Shown here piece by piece: positions 1-11,900 of a stretch of DNA of 64,000 nt. Below the pieces are notes generated by a model. That model did no database searches. It saw only the letters and a program-made list of their open reading frames with translations, and was not told where the DNA came from. A program made the position numbers and the translations under genes. Source of the DNA: Tubiluchus corallicola (lineage: Eukaryota > Animalia > Priapulida). Location: the NCBI GenBank assembly GCA_030141605.1, contig JAQGDQ010000141.1, positions 248,001-312,000 on the forward strand, given 5' to 3'. Position 1 is the stretch's first letter. Every line of letters starts with the position of its first letter.

Positions 1-107
1 TATATTATATTATATTATATTATATTATATTATATTATATTATATTATATTATATTATATTATATTATATTATATTATATTATATTATATTATATTATAT
101 TATATTG
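1..107. repeat. (TATAT)n microsatellite, truncated by window start
   Basis: Perfect 5-bp repeat visible in sequence. Confidence 0.97.
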
Positions 108-225
108 CTGTGAAGGCATGACTATAAAAATTTACACCTAGAAAATTGGATGTGCCATACACACTTATTGCAGGTCTTGTTTCAATATTTACATGTGCCA
201 GTCTAATGGACAACATTTGTTACAG

Positions 226-357
226 GTACACAGGCTAATTATTGTTGACAAAGAAGGCCATCTTCAAGGAGTGTTGTCACTTTCTGACATACTGCGGCAA
301 CTCATCCTAAAACCCATGGATGATGAGGCAAAGAAAGGTAACACAGACACTGGCTAA
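226..357 (+). CDS. PRKAG: AMP-activated protein kinase gamma subunit, exon encoding last CBS motif and stop (gene starts upstream of window)
   Basis: Acceptor ttacag at 221-225; reads VHRLIIVDKEGHLQGVLSLSDILRQLILKPMDDEAKKGNTDTG*, matching AMPK-gamma CBS4 (VHRLxxVDxxxxxxGxxSLSDIL). Confidence 0.88.
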   Translation, partial: VHRLIIVDKEGHLQGVLSLSDILRQLILKPMDDEAKKGNTDTG

Positions 358-1074
358 TCGTCATGGCAACAGCATGCCCTCAATAGCAACTTAGTTTCTT
401 CATCTCTCGGTGATGGCGTGACGATCGACAGACATTTGACTGAACTGCCTCTTTTGCATGTCTGCTATTTTATTCTAACCCTTAGAGCTTCTTGTGCAAA
501 CATAGCATCATGTGTGGCATTTATGTTAGGTTAATTGTGCAAGTAGTTTGGTGCTGATGTGTTTTCAACATGGTGCCAAACCAACAAACTGTCGTCACAA
601 TCGTGCTAGCTTTTTTCAGTATATGTACTAACAAGTTCTGACCGGTGGTTACCATTTCGTCAGCAACGAGAATGTTTGTATTAGCTTTACTACGCAACTA
701 GTAAATGCTGCCGGAATACACGTCTCATAAAGCATCGCATTTCCAGCTTTTTTGGCTTTATGAAATCATGCTCTGTTGCTTTTTGTTCACCTAGTTTATT
801 GAACTACTCTGCATTTCTTCATAATATCTTCTATTAACATTTTTCCTTCATGGTGATGGCTTTTTAATTAGATTTTTTTCTAGTAGTTAGCATTCTTTGG
901 CTTTGATTTTCCCGTTACTACTTTGCCTACCCGTTATGGTTTTATTTGGCTTTGTATTTGTAACACATTTTGTACTTCCAGCAACATGAATTTAGCGTAA
1001 ATCGTGTTTGATTTTATTTGCGATTGCGGTGGCGTTCTCATCAACTATTTGTTATAGTCTGCCTTTCCTCTTAG

Positions 1075-1151
1075 ATATAAGCGATGAGCAGAGCTTTGTA
1101 ATGGACATTGACGAAATTGCTGATGAAGTTGAAGAAATGCAGGTGTGTTAG
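1075..1151 (+). CDS. PRKAG: Probable alternative terminal exon of AMPK gamma (acidic tail)
   Basis: Internal donor AAAG|gtaaca at 337/338 (phase 1) joins in frame to acceptor ctttcctcttag| at 1074, giving DISDEQSFVMDIDEIADEVEEMQVC*. Confidence 0.6.
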
Positions 1152-4100
1152 CAACAAGGTGTGTAAATAAAGCCTACACCTCTGTCACCCACAGGTCAAG
1201 AGTGCGTAACAACCTCCTTGCTTTTATACTAGAAGAAATTAAAAGTCTGGAAATATGATTAGCTTTGTTTTTAACTCGTACAAACCCAACAATGCTTGAT
1301 GTAGAGGGATTTTTGGTCAGCTAATTTTTGTCGCTTTCTAGCACTTCCTGTGTGCTAATTTCTAATTACACCTGTTAAGTTGTCATGTTTGTTCTATTAA
1401 CTATGCTATTATATGCTGTGTTCATTGTATGGCATTTGTTACTACAATATTGACCTGTTTCGAAACGTTTTGTCATTGCCTCCATGCAATAAATCACAGA
1501 TGGAAGCAAAAGTTTTACAAAGGGTTTGAGTAGTAAAAATCTGATGCAATTTTCTTGGTTGTCACTGTGGTTCAGTAACTCTGTTGTTTCTTTGATTGTT
1601 AAAACTGCAATTGCTAACATGTATTTTATTCTCTGCCACGTGGAGCTTATAAAATTTCTACTTTTTCCACCAGTTTGACCTTTGCAACAGCTCCTTTGCT
1701 GCTACTCCGTATTTACAAAACATTTTGAAATAAAACTTGTGCATTGATATTTGATACTGCTGTGTTCGAACTAAAATAACAATTGCTTATACTGTACTAC
1801 ATTTGTATTTTGATAAATATACTACTAGCGTTCTGTTTTCACCCTTTTGTAGATACATTCTATGTTGTATAGCCTTGCAAGTTGTATGACATTGTACAAA
1901 GTTTATCCCACATATTTTGCATTTATACGTAACCGTATAAGAACGTCATGAAAAACCTGAGGAATTGAATTGTAAATACGGGTTGAGGTTTTCGATTTTG
2001 AATAGTTTAGTTTTAACAAACCCCAGAAGATGGCGAAACACGTCTCGCAGAATTGTACATACACGAGTGTTATATGTAATAATAATTATTTAGTTACCCC
2101 GAGTTGTTATGTACTATTACTTTGGCAGTTTTGTGCATAAAATTGATGAAGGATAAGTTTTGACCTGTGTATACTTGGCTATTCCCATGAAATTGGACTT
2201 GTATAGAAATAATGGGGCTATGTATAGTATATATAACTATATATAAACTACATTCTATAGCATATTTATGAATTCCAACATAGTTAAGGTCTCTTGTTTA
2301 CAATGTTGTACAATATACTAAAGCCTAAAATATGATAGACCTGCAATTGGCAGGTTGTAGCCTCACTAGCCTGTTTCAACATTGTTGTAGAGCATTTTTG
2401 TAAATTTTGACACTGACTTTTTCAGAAATTTTATTTTTATTGAAAGTTAATTATCTGGCTAGTCATGTATAATTGTTTTCTCTATTTTCACTGTTGTCTT
2501 CCCTGTACTTTTGTTGATAATAATATTTGTAGTTTGAAAAGATTTGATTAGCTTGGATTTTTTGCGTCTGTTGGTATTTTCTTACTCTATGCATGTTCGG
2601 TTAGCATTGTAAAAACAACTGTAGGGTGCTCTGCAATAGTCTACATCAACCCTCTAGAGAAATTAAGAAAATTTATTCCTTTCTTAAAATGTTTTCTGTA
2701 AGTTTTAGGCATTCTGGTTAGTTTCTTGATCATGCTATTAATGCCTTGGTGGTGATTTACCAGCTTAAATGATTTTAATTTTGCTTATTTTTTCGCTTTG
2801 TATTGCACTAAAAACTCCATGAAGACGTGTAGAAGTATGCCATTTATAGATACTTATGTAAGAAATTATTTTCTAGCTGTCTTATACATACTTGTACAGT
2901 AATACGATTACATTTACTTGATATGAATTACCAATATTTGTATTAAATGGTTTTGGTTCAGATAAAACTGTATTACGTTTGCGTTTTGTACCTTACTAAC
3001 ATGAAATGAATAAAGTCGTAAGTACAAGTCGATGTGCGCACTAGTTTTTTCTTTATTTTGTACGAGAGAGAATTGGAAAACATTTGTGACATTTTTATCG
3101 CACAAAAACGCACCTATCTTCACTAGCAGGGGCAGCACACATACAAAGAATTTGTTACAATATGCCGATTTGCATACAATATCTTTGAAATAGCACCCAC
3201 TGTATTCCAACTGTCAATGAATCTGAGTTCATTAGCCAAACAAAAGAGAAAGTTACTAATTGTTCAACTGGCTGTGTGAACTGAACAATGTATACATAAA
3301 ATGGAACAAGTTTCACTTGGTGGTGGTTTGCACAAAACTGCTTTCTATAATGCTACATACTACATGTTTATCGGTAACCTGGAAATAAATTTCACTGTTA
3401 AACTTGATTACCTCCACCAAGCAAGAAAGTTGTTTCTATCCACCAATCTTTGATGTAAAAAAACAACAGTATCTTCATGAGGAACCTTGGCTGCTTTTTA
3501 TTGTGCCACGAATTCATATTGTAGCTCGTTTTTTTTGCTTTGTTGCATATTTTGTGATGTAACAAGAAACAACACATACAAAAACGAATAGAATTAAATT
3601 GTGTAGTATTGTCAAAGACAATTTATATACAATTGCGACAAAAACATTTATCATGATTACCGTACACACAATCACAGTACACAGTTACATTGTCGAAATA
3701 CACACAATTCTTGAAAAAGTGAGTGTCACAGATTTAAATGCCCACAGCACGATGCCCACAGTTTGCCATACAGCAGACTATAGAATTGCAATTAGAACAT
3801 ATCGTCCATTGTTACCTCGCTTTTTGCCCAAGTTCAGCTATTTCTCTCTGAATACTCTCTCTCTCTGTACAAGAATGGAATTTAAGAATTCACAATATAA
3901 AATCACTGTTGAAATAACCAATAATTAGCGATCTCTAGTAATAGCTTCTGATGAGAGTGCACACTGTTTTCTTCAATCTTCATTAGCGCTTTGAGAAGCA
4001 AGATATGTAAGCATGTATGTGGTCATAGTCGAATTTTGATATAAGTTATAATGTACTAATTACAGACTCATACAATCTCAACAGCACTGAAGGATTACAT

Positions 4101-4727
4101 TATTAATTAGTATCAGGCAAACTAATAATGATCATTAGTACATTTTAATTAAAATTTTGCTGCAGGTACAAATTTTGCACAGCGCACATTAACAATAATA
4201 TTATCACGTGATAGCACAGGTGGTTACATAAATTTAGTTGTTTCAATAGCTTATTAATATTTACAACTCATGAAGAAAATCGTAGTTATAGTATGCACAC
4301 TTGGTAGCAGTGATACATCACTGTGCTAAAATATTACTACCAACATCTGATTATTGACACCTTACTACTGGCATGCATGGTGATGCTATCAAATAATTAT
4401 ATAATACTTTTCTATCTTGATAAGTTTATAAAAGAAAAACAAATGCACTCAATTATTCTAACCAATAATAACAAGATTTGAACTCAAGTACAATATAACA
4501 ATATCGACACTAGGCTACATCAAAACTGCCACAGACTTACTAAATAAATGCTATAGGTGTATCACAAATTGGAAGGAAGACATTGAACATCTGAACTGAA
4601 TCTTTAATGAAATAATGCACCAGAGAGAACTCAAGCTTCACTATTGACTGCTGATCAAAGCTTTATGTCATATAACATGAAGACAACTGTGAGTAAATGC
4701 ATAATTCATTAATAAACTGAGTCAATG

Positions 4728-5073
4728 TAATAAAGCCTTTTCACATTTCCAGTGATTGATGACGATTGTGAAAAAGTCAAAGGTTAAGTGTACCAGACAA
4801 CACATGTACCAGACAATGCCTTGCAGCCTTCTAACCTGTTTTAACAGCTAGCTAGAACCTTAGCTACTTCAATTTTTCTTGTTCCCAAGCAAAATCCTGC
4901 TAGTAAATCATCATACGCACAGTAAGTTCATGTAACTTATATGGCACATGGCTTTTGCTTTACCCAAAAGTCACGTGAGGGTTGTAATTAAGACGCGTTG
5001 CTGTAGTACACTTAACCTTTGACTTACAATAACTGTGTGTGCGCACGTAGCGAAACTGTGAAAAGGTTTATTA
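4728..5073. mobile_element. MITE, PIF/Harbinger-like (TIR gccttttcaca, TAA/TTA-like flanks)
   Basis: taaagccttttcaca...tgtgaaaaggttta ends; internal ggttaagtgtac/gtacacttaacc inverted pair; inverted homologous copy at 15845-18254. Confidence 0.7.
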
Positions 5074-5851
5074 ATGAATAATGAAAAACAGGAATTGCTA
5101 TCGTCTAACCATATTTTAGTTATTGCAATCTGGTAAAGTGATACTCAGGTTGCGCACAAGTCTCTACCTGAGACTGAAGCTGCTTCACTACGCGCACAAT
5201 TGACACATATATACGTGGCTTAGATTCATTATCTAGGCTTCTCATCTGAAGATGATGAGAAAGTAGAAAAGCAGATGTGGAGCCTGAGGATGGCGCGGTA
5301 GCTTGAATTTAGCACAACCCACAATACATTTAAATTGTTATATACAGCTAAGGCGGACTGTTTAATTACCACAGTCAGTCGCTGGTTCTAATAAAACAAT
5401 TAACACAGTGCAGCAAATGTCTAGATAGATAAGGGATGCTGTTTATTGCAGAAAATAAGCCCACTGACGGTAGTTATTAAAGCTGGGCAGGATCATGGAT
5501 CATTTCCTTGCAGCACTCTACCTCCGCCTTTGCTGTCACACCACATGCAATGGCATGTTCGTACATGTCGCACACTGCAGTTACGTACAAAGTAATGTTG
5601 TCAGACAGCGCCAGTAGCCATAAACAGGTTTCCTGATTTTGCAAAGCCATAATCCAGCATTGCAGTGCTAAGCTAAATTTCCCATCTTTACACGACAAAT
5701 GGGACGCTTGATTATACTTCATTTGCTATCAAAAGGGAGGGCGCAATCCCCCCTGGATCACCTTCTACAAGTCGTAATGATTCTAGAACTGTTGAGTCCC
5801 CTAGCAAACGTTCAAAAATTTTTCCCTGATCATGCAAACCGTCCAGCAGTT

Positions 5852-5936
5852 TTATGAACAACCAGAGACTTGTACGTCTTCTAAGTCATCTGAACAGTTG
5901 TCTGATGAGTTCACAGACGATAATAACTCCGTCATT
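5852..5936 (-). CDS. TBK1: TBK1 terminal coding exon
   Basis: [27 protein letters not shown]; strong acceptor tttttgtgtttcag. Confidence 0.72.
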
Positions 5937-8900
5937 CTGAAACACAAAAATGTTTGTTAAAACCACAATCTATTAAGTTGGTTGCAGTTGCAGAGGTCTG
6001 CATGAGGTAGAAATTGGCGGTAAATTCACATTCGGCCTTTGCAACGGGCCATGTATGAGCGGGTTTATAGAGTGGCAACACGGCTATTATGAGCAAAATT
6101 TTTACGCTAGCTCTGGTTAAGTATGCTTTGCAGCACTCTCAACTTATCCAGTTTATAAAACAGATTACTTGCTATTCTAGCAGACAATGTAAATAAAAGC
6201 AGGGACCGACTGACAACGGCTGAATACTTTCTTCTACAAAACTATTGAGTATTTTTATTTGAAACGAATTTCTTAATGTCCACCTGATGTGTATTTTGTA
6301 CATTTTGTAAATCTCTTTGCTATTTGTAATCATATATATTTTTAATTTAATTCTGAATGTTTACATTGTATGTAACTAATAAATACTTAGTTACAAAATA
6401 ATTAATTAGTATGTAAATAAAGAATACTAATAAAATAGCGAACAACAGTGGACTTTCACATGTTCCTATGGGGATTTTTCGCCACAGGCGGGCTACGCAG
6501 TGGCTTTAAAATTATTGAATTTGATGGACAGTGCCAGCCGAGTGCCATGAAAATGCACTTTATAGATCACTGTACGCGTTAAATTATACTAATATTGCAA
6601 ATTTATTTGACGGAGAACTAATGTCAATTGGAAATTTCATTTACGACTGTATGCATAGATTTTTGAATTAAATAGTACAGCTTTGTTAGCGGACATATAA
6701 AAGCATCACTATGATTATCATATAGGTAAAATATTTGTTTATCACATGTGTACAAATGCTTAGTAAATAGTTTTTTTCACTTCATGGAGTTTACAACTAA
6801 ATTTGTATATCTGTGTATATACCTTGTGCAGCTATGTTGAGTCAAATTGTTAGTATGATGTGGAAATCATTACCCGAGCTCTGCCCGCTGATAAAACCAT
6901 CGGGTATGCGTCGAGTTTGTAAGTTTCGTGTTGGAAATTTGATTTTCAGAAATAAAATATCTATCTATTAACTACTTCATAAGCAGGTATTGGGCCGGGC
7001 CTCAAAAAAACAGGCACGGGTACACCTCTACCTGTGCTTACCAATAATTCCATTACTCGGTACAAATGACTTCTTGACAACAAGCATTACTATAAAATAA
7101 CATACAATATAATAACTGTTGCTTTATTGTGGCTTTACAGAAAAGCTAGCTAGTAGATAAAAAAGACTGGTATTCCTTGGTCAGCAAGCCTCTTATTTAT
7201 ATTTACCACAGTCACCACTCAATTATGCAGAGAATTAAGCACTAACTACTACGGGTAAGCATTCTCTACCAGAAAGCGAATTCGAATCGAAACAAACTTC
7301 AGTGTTTCGAAATCGAACTGAATTCGAATTGAGATCGAAAAATTTTCGAACAAGTTTTCGAACCACCAGCAAAAATTAGTCTTACAAAGATCATGCATAT
7401 CACTAGATTTTGTTCTGCAATAAAACGACTAGTAATTTGTTTAAAATTGTGCACAGAAATCACAGCAAAATTATGCTAATTGCATGGTGTTTCAAACGTT
7501 TTAATGATAAAGAACGCATGTGGTTGAAGTGCTGAATTATTTGAATCTATAGTTTTAGGTTCGAAACGAGTTCGAACTAAAAAAACTCGTTCGATGCTCA
7601 CCCCTGCTAAATACTCTACAGAAAATTTTTAATACCTAATAAATATCATGCTAATATTAAGCTTTGCACACTTACTCTTGTAGCACTGAGCTGTTTTCCA
7701 ATAATCCATTTCGCAACTCTGAGTTACTCAATGCAATTTGATTTAACCTACAAAATAGACGATTTGTTACCAGGTAAGTCAAAATTATTTTATTCAAACA
7801 CACAATGTTTTCATCAACTGGATAATTCTCAAATAGACCTGCAATTACAAGCAAAAGTTAAGCTAGATTAGATTTTGAAAACAATACTAACTGAAATAAT
7901 AAACAACACTGCATTCACTGAATGGTAACAACTATTCTATCAAAAGACAACATACACCAAAACAACTACAAAAACTGCCAACAATTGCCACACTCAGCCA
8001 AGAACTAATACACAGTTAAGCTAACAAAGATACTGTGACATTTCTCATTGATATTTCTAAAAAAGTGTCAAATCCAATTTTTTATGGTTAACTTTCTTAA
8101 GTGAGAGTTCTTTGGTCTAAAAAAAGTATCCTTGTTAACTCAATTGCACATTAGTTATTGACTAGCTATTGTAAGTTTGGTAGTATTTCATAATTGTTGT
8201 GGTTTGGTATATGTTGTGTTCTGTTTCTCTCGGAAGGCTCGTAGAGAAAATCAGAAAACACGTCGTCAAATTAAACTAGTTTATTATACGAGAATTCTAC
8301 AACACAAAAGTATGAAGGAACGCAAAATGTTTACAGTAAATGTGATAAACTGGAAACGTGAAAGCGAGAAAGCGAATGTGAGAATCTGAGGATACAAGAG
8401 AATAAACGCGAGCAGCCAGCTCTGCCTTATATATATCAGTGCAAATCAACCATCTTGAAAGTACTGCACGCATCGCGTATAGAAAGTTTTCGAATCTTCT
8501 ACAAGGTAAGAAGATTGTCCTACTGTACTATAAAATATTCTACAATATTCTATTTAATTCTAGTGAGTCTCCATAACAGTATATGACATCTCTTGGTGGA
8601 ATAGTCGTTACTACAGTAAACTCCGAATAACTCAAATCCAACCGGACCGAAAAAACTTTGAGTTAGGCGATATTTTGAGTGATGTTGACAATTTTCCAGT
8701 ATAGAAACACTAAACCCTTCCTCCAGATGCCGAGCTAAACAGAAGAGTGAAGGTCAACCCTTCTATATGTAAACGATGAGATTTGATGACTATTACATAA
8801 AAATAACAAATTATGTAGTGAAACACAATTTTTTTATGTTAGAAAGAGACACGTTCTCAACACTATTAAACAATATGACAGTGGGGCTACCAATGTCTTG

Positions 8901-11900
8901 TAAGGTGCAACTTGTAAGACATCAGAATTTTCGCAACATAAGACACTGTTTTTGAGTTGTAGGAAAACTTTTTATTTTTCTAGAGTATAAATTGCATTTT
9001 TTGAGTTAGGCGAAGTAAATAACATGTATTTTGATTCAACGGTCCATAATTTTAATTTGAGTTCGGCGAAATTTTGAGTTAAGCGATGTTCTTTGTGGAA
9101 AAAGCGAAGTATTTCATCCGTTCCGCTGAAATTCTTTGAGTTAAGTGAAAATTTGAGTTATGCGAATTTGAGTAACGTGGAGTTTACTGTATCCAATGTG
9201 TAGAAACACAGATGTTTATATCCTCTTTCTATTTCAGTTAATATCATTTTTAAAATCTAGCTTACCTTTGGTCTATAATTACAGGTGAACACAAGAATGA
9301 TCCAGCGGATTGAAACATCATGTCTCATTATTTACCATTATTGAAAAGTGTTTGAATAAAATAATTAAGATTTAATGGAAAGTTTTAAATTATATAAACC
9401 AGAACATAACGTCCAACTGGCACGTCTCTTTCTCCTCTACTCTTTTTCCTACTCTTCACCACCCATTCATTCATTCTCTCATTCTTTTTCATTGAGATGC
9501 CCATTTAGTGGTCTCCCACTGTGAATGCAGCAAAATGCATTATCTGCTTATTTTAAAATTAAATTTTACAGACAAATATTTTTGCTGGGTTCACAAAAAT
9601 ATGATACAGATCACACAAGATGAAGTTACTATTAACAGTTTGGGTAAACTACTACATCAAGCGTTACACTTAAATTTCCACTAACCCTTTGCTGATATTC
9701 CTGCGGAACTGCTTTTCCTGGATGCGTTGTTTGCCTGGAGAACCGTTGTGTTGGCAAATCAACGGAAGTACAGTTTGAAAGTTCTCGTTGTACGTTTCAA
9801 TGGCCTGCACAAAAGCAAAAAATTCCTAAATAACTTAATTAAATCCAGAGGTAGTTGAAAATGAAAGAGGTTGAGAATGGAATGGGTTTCTAATTAAATC
9901 CAGTGGCAGTTGAAAATGAAAGAGGTTGAGAATGGAATGGGTTTCTTATTTAACAATGTGTTTCTGAGAATCGACAATTCAACAAGTTTATCACAACATA
10001 GATAACACATATAATTATTACACACATACGTACAAACAATTACTGAGAATGAAGTCATATATAATATGAAATGATAATAAGAAATTAAAGTTAACAAAAT
10101 ATATTCTAAGTAGAAATAATTGTATCTATGTTAGCTTCTAGAAATGAAGATATTTATAGCATTTGTAACAACAACAAAAAACATAACTCAGTCTTTTCCA
10201 AGAATTTCAATAACTCGCAAGTTCAATTAGTGTCAAATAACTTGCAATTTCTTGCCAACAGTAACTTGCACAGTAGTTCAAGAAAATTTGTGACAGAAAA
10301 CATGCTAGTCTGTGCACCAGCAAAATAACATCATCAAGTATTTTGTGCAATTTATTTGCTACTTATCTTCGCTAATTAATGAATAATTAATGACAGCATC
10401 AATTAAATAAATCTTAAGACTTGAAGTTGTGCAAAATCTTACCTGATCCAAGGACGAGTCATTAACTTTAAAAACGTCGTCCAGCGTTGAAATCTCTAGT
10501 AGTAATTTGTCAATCTGGAGACGATAATTTATTGCTTGCCTGCAAAAAAATGCACGATTTATATGATAATAGAATCATATACATGGCAGGATGTAACCAT
10601 GAACTGATTAATGTTGCTTAATGTTTCTTACTTGGTGAAACAAAGTCAAAATCAAACTAGACCAACACTATAAGAAGAGTTCAGTGACAAAGCGGTTTGC
10701 TTTAATTTTGGCTACTAACTTGGAACTTTCATAGACTCCAATTTCCAAAAAATACTTAATGTACATCTACGCCACAGGACCCAAATACCTGTGAAAAAAA
10801 TTTGAATTTAACTCAAGCCGCAGAAGGGTAGTTGAGCGACAAAGGGAAAACTGACCGATGTTCACTGTCCTTGACCTTTTGACCCAAGGTGACTCTAGGT
10901 ACCATCGTTTTGGAGTTATTCACCATCGTAGCACCGAAATAATAATAATAAGCGGTTGATTTCCAATAAGATTCTGCTATATGCAGAATCTTAAATATGA
11001 TACTAACCTGTACCAGGCCGGGAATTTGCTGTAGAGAGACTGCATTGAACTGTTACAATATGCAGAATCTTAAATATGATACTAACCTGTACCAGGCCGT
11101 GAACTTCCTGTAGAGAGACTGCGTTGAACTGTTACAATATGCTGAATCTTAAATATGATACTAACCTGTACCAGGCCGTGAATTTGCTGTAGAGAGACTG
11201 CATTGAACTGTTAGGACATGCAGAATCTTAAATATGATACTAACCTGTACCAGGCCGTGAACTTCCTGTAGAGAGACTGCGTTGAACTGTTACAATATGC
11301 AGAATCTTAAATATGATACTAACCTGTACCAGGCCGTGAACTTGCTGTAGAGAGACTGCATTGAACTGTTACGACATGCAGAATCTTAAATATGATACTA
11401 ACCTGTACCAGGCCGTGAACTTGCTGTAGAGAGACTACGTTGAACTGTTACAATATGCAGAATCTTAAATATGATACTAACCTGTACCAGGCCGTGAACT
11501 TGCTGTAGAGAGACTGTGTTGAACTATTACAATATGCAGAATCTTAAATATGATACTAACCTGTACCAGGCCGTGAACTTGCTGTAGAGAGACTGTGTTG
11601 AACTATTACAATATGCAGAATCTTAAATATGATACTAACCTGTACCAGGCCGTGAACTTGCTGTAGAGAGACTGCGTTGAACTGTTACAATATGGAGAAT
11701 CTTAAATATGATACTAACCTGTACCAGGCCGTGAACTTGCAGTAGAGAGACTGCGTTGAACTGTTACAATATGCAGAATCTTAAATATGATACTAACCTG
11801 TACCAGGTCGTGAACTTGCAGTAGAGAGACTGCGTTGAACTGTTACAATATGGAGAATCTTAAATATGATACTAACCTGTACCAGGCCGTGAACTTGCTG

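Noticed and set aside
1375-5722. Short ORFs between the AMPK gamma and TBK1 stops
   Set aside because: No recognisable homology or splice context; region behaves like 3' UTRs
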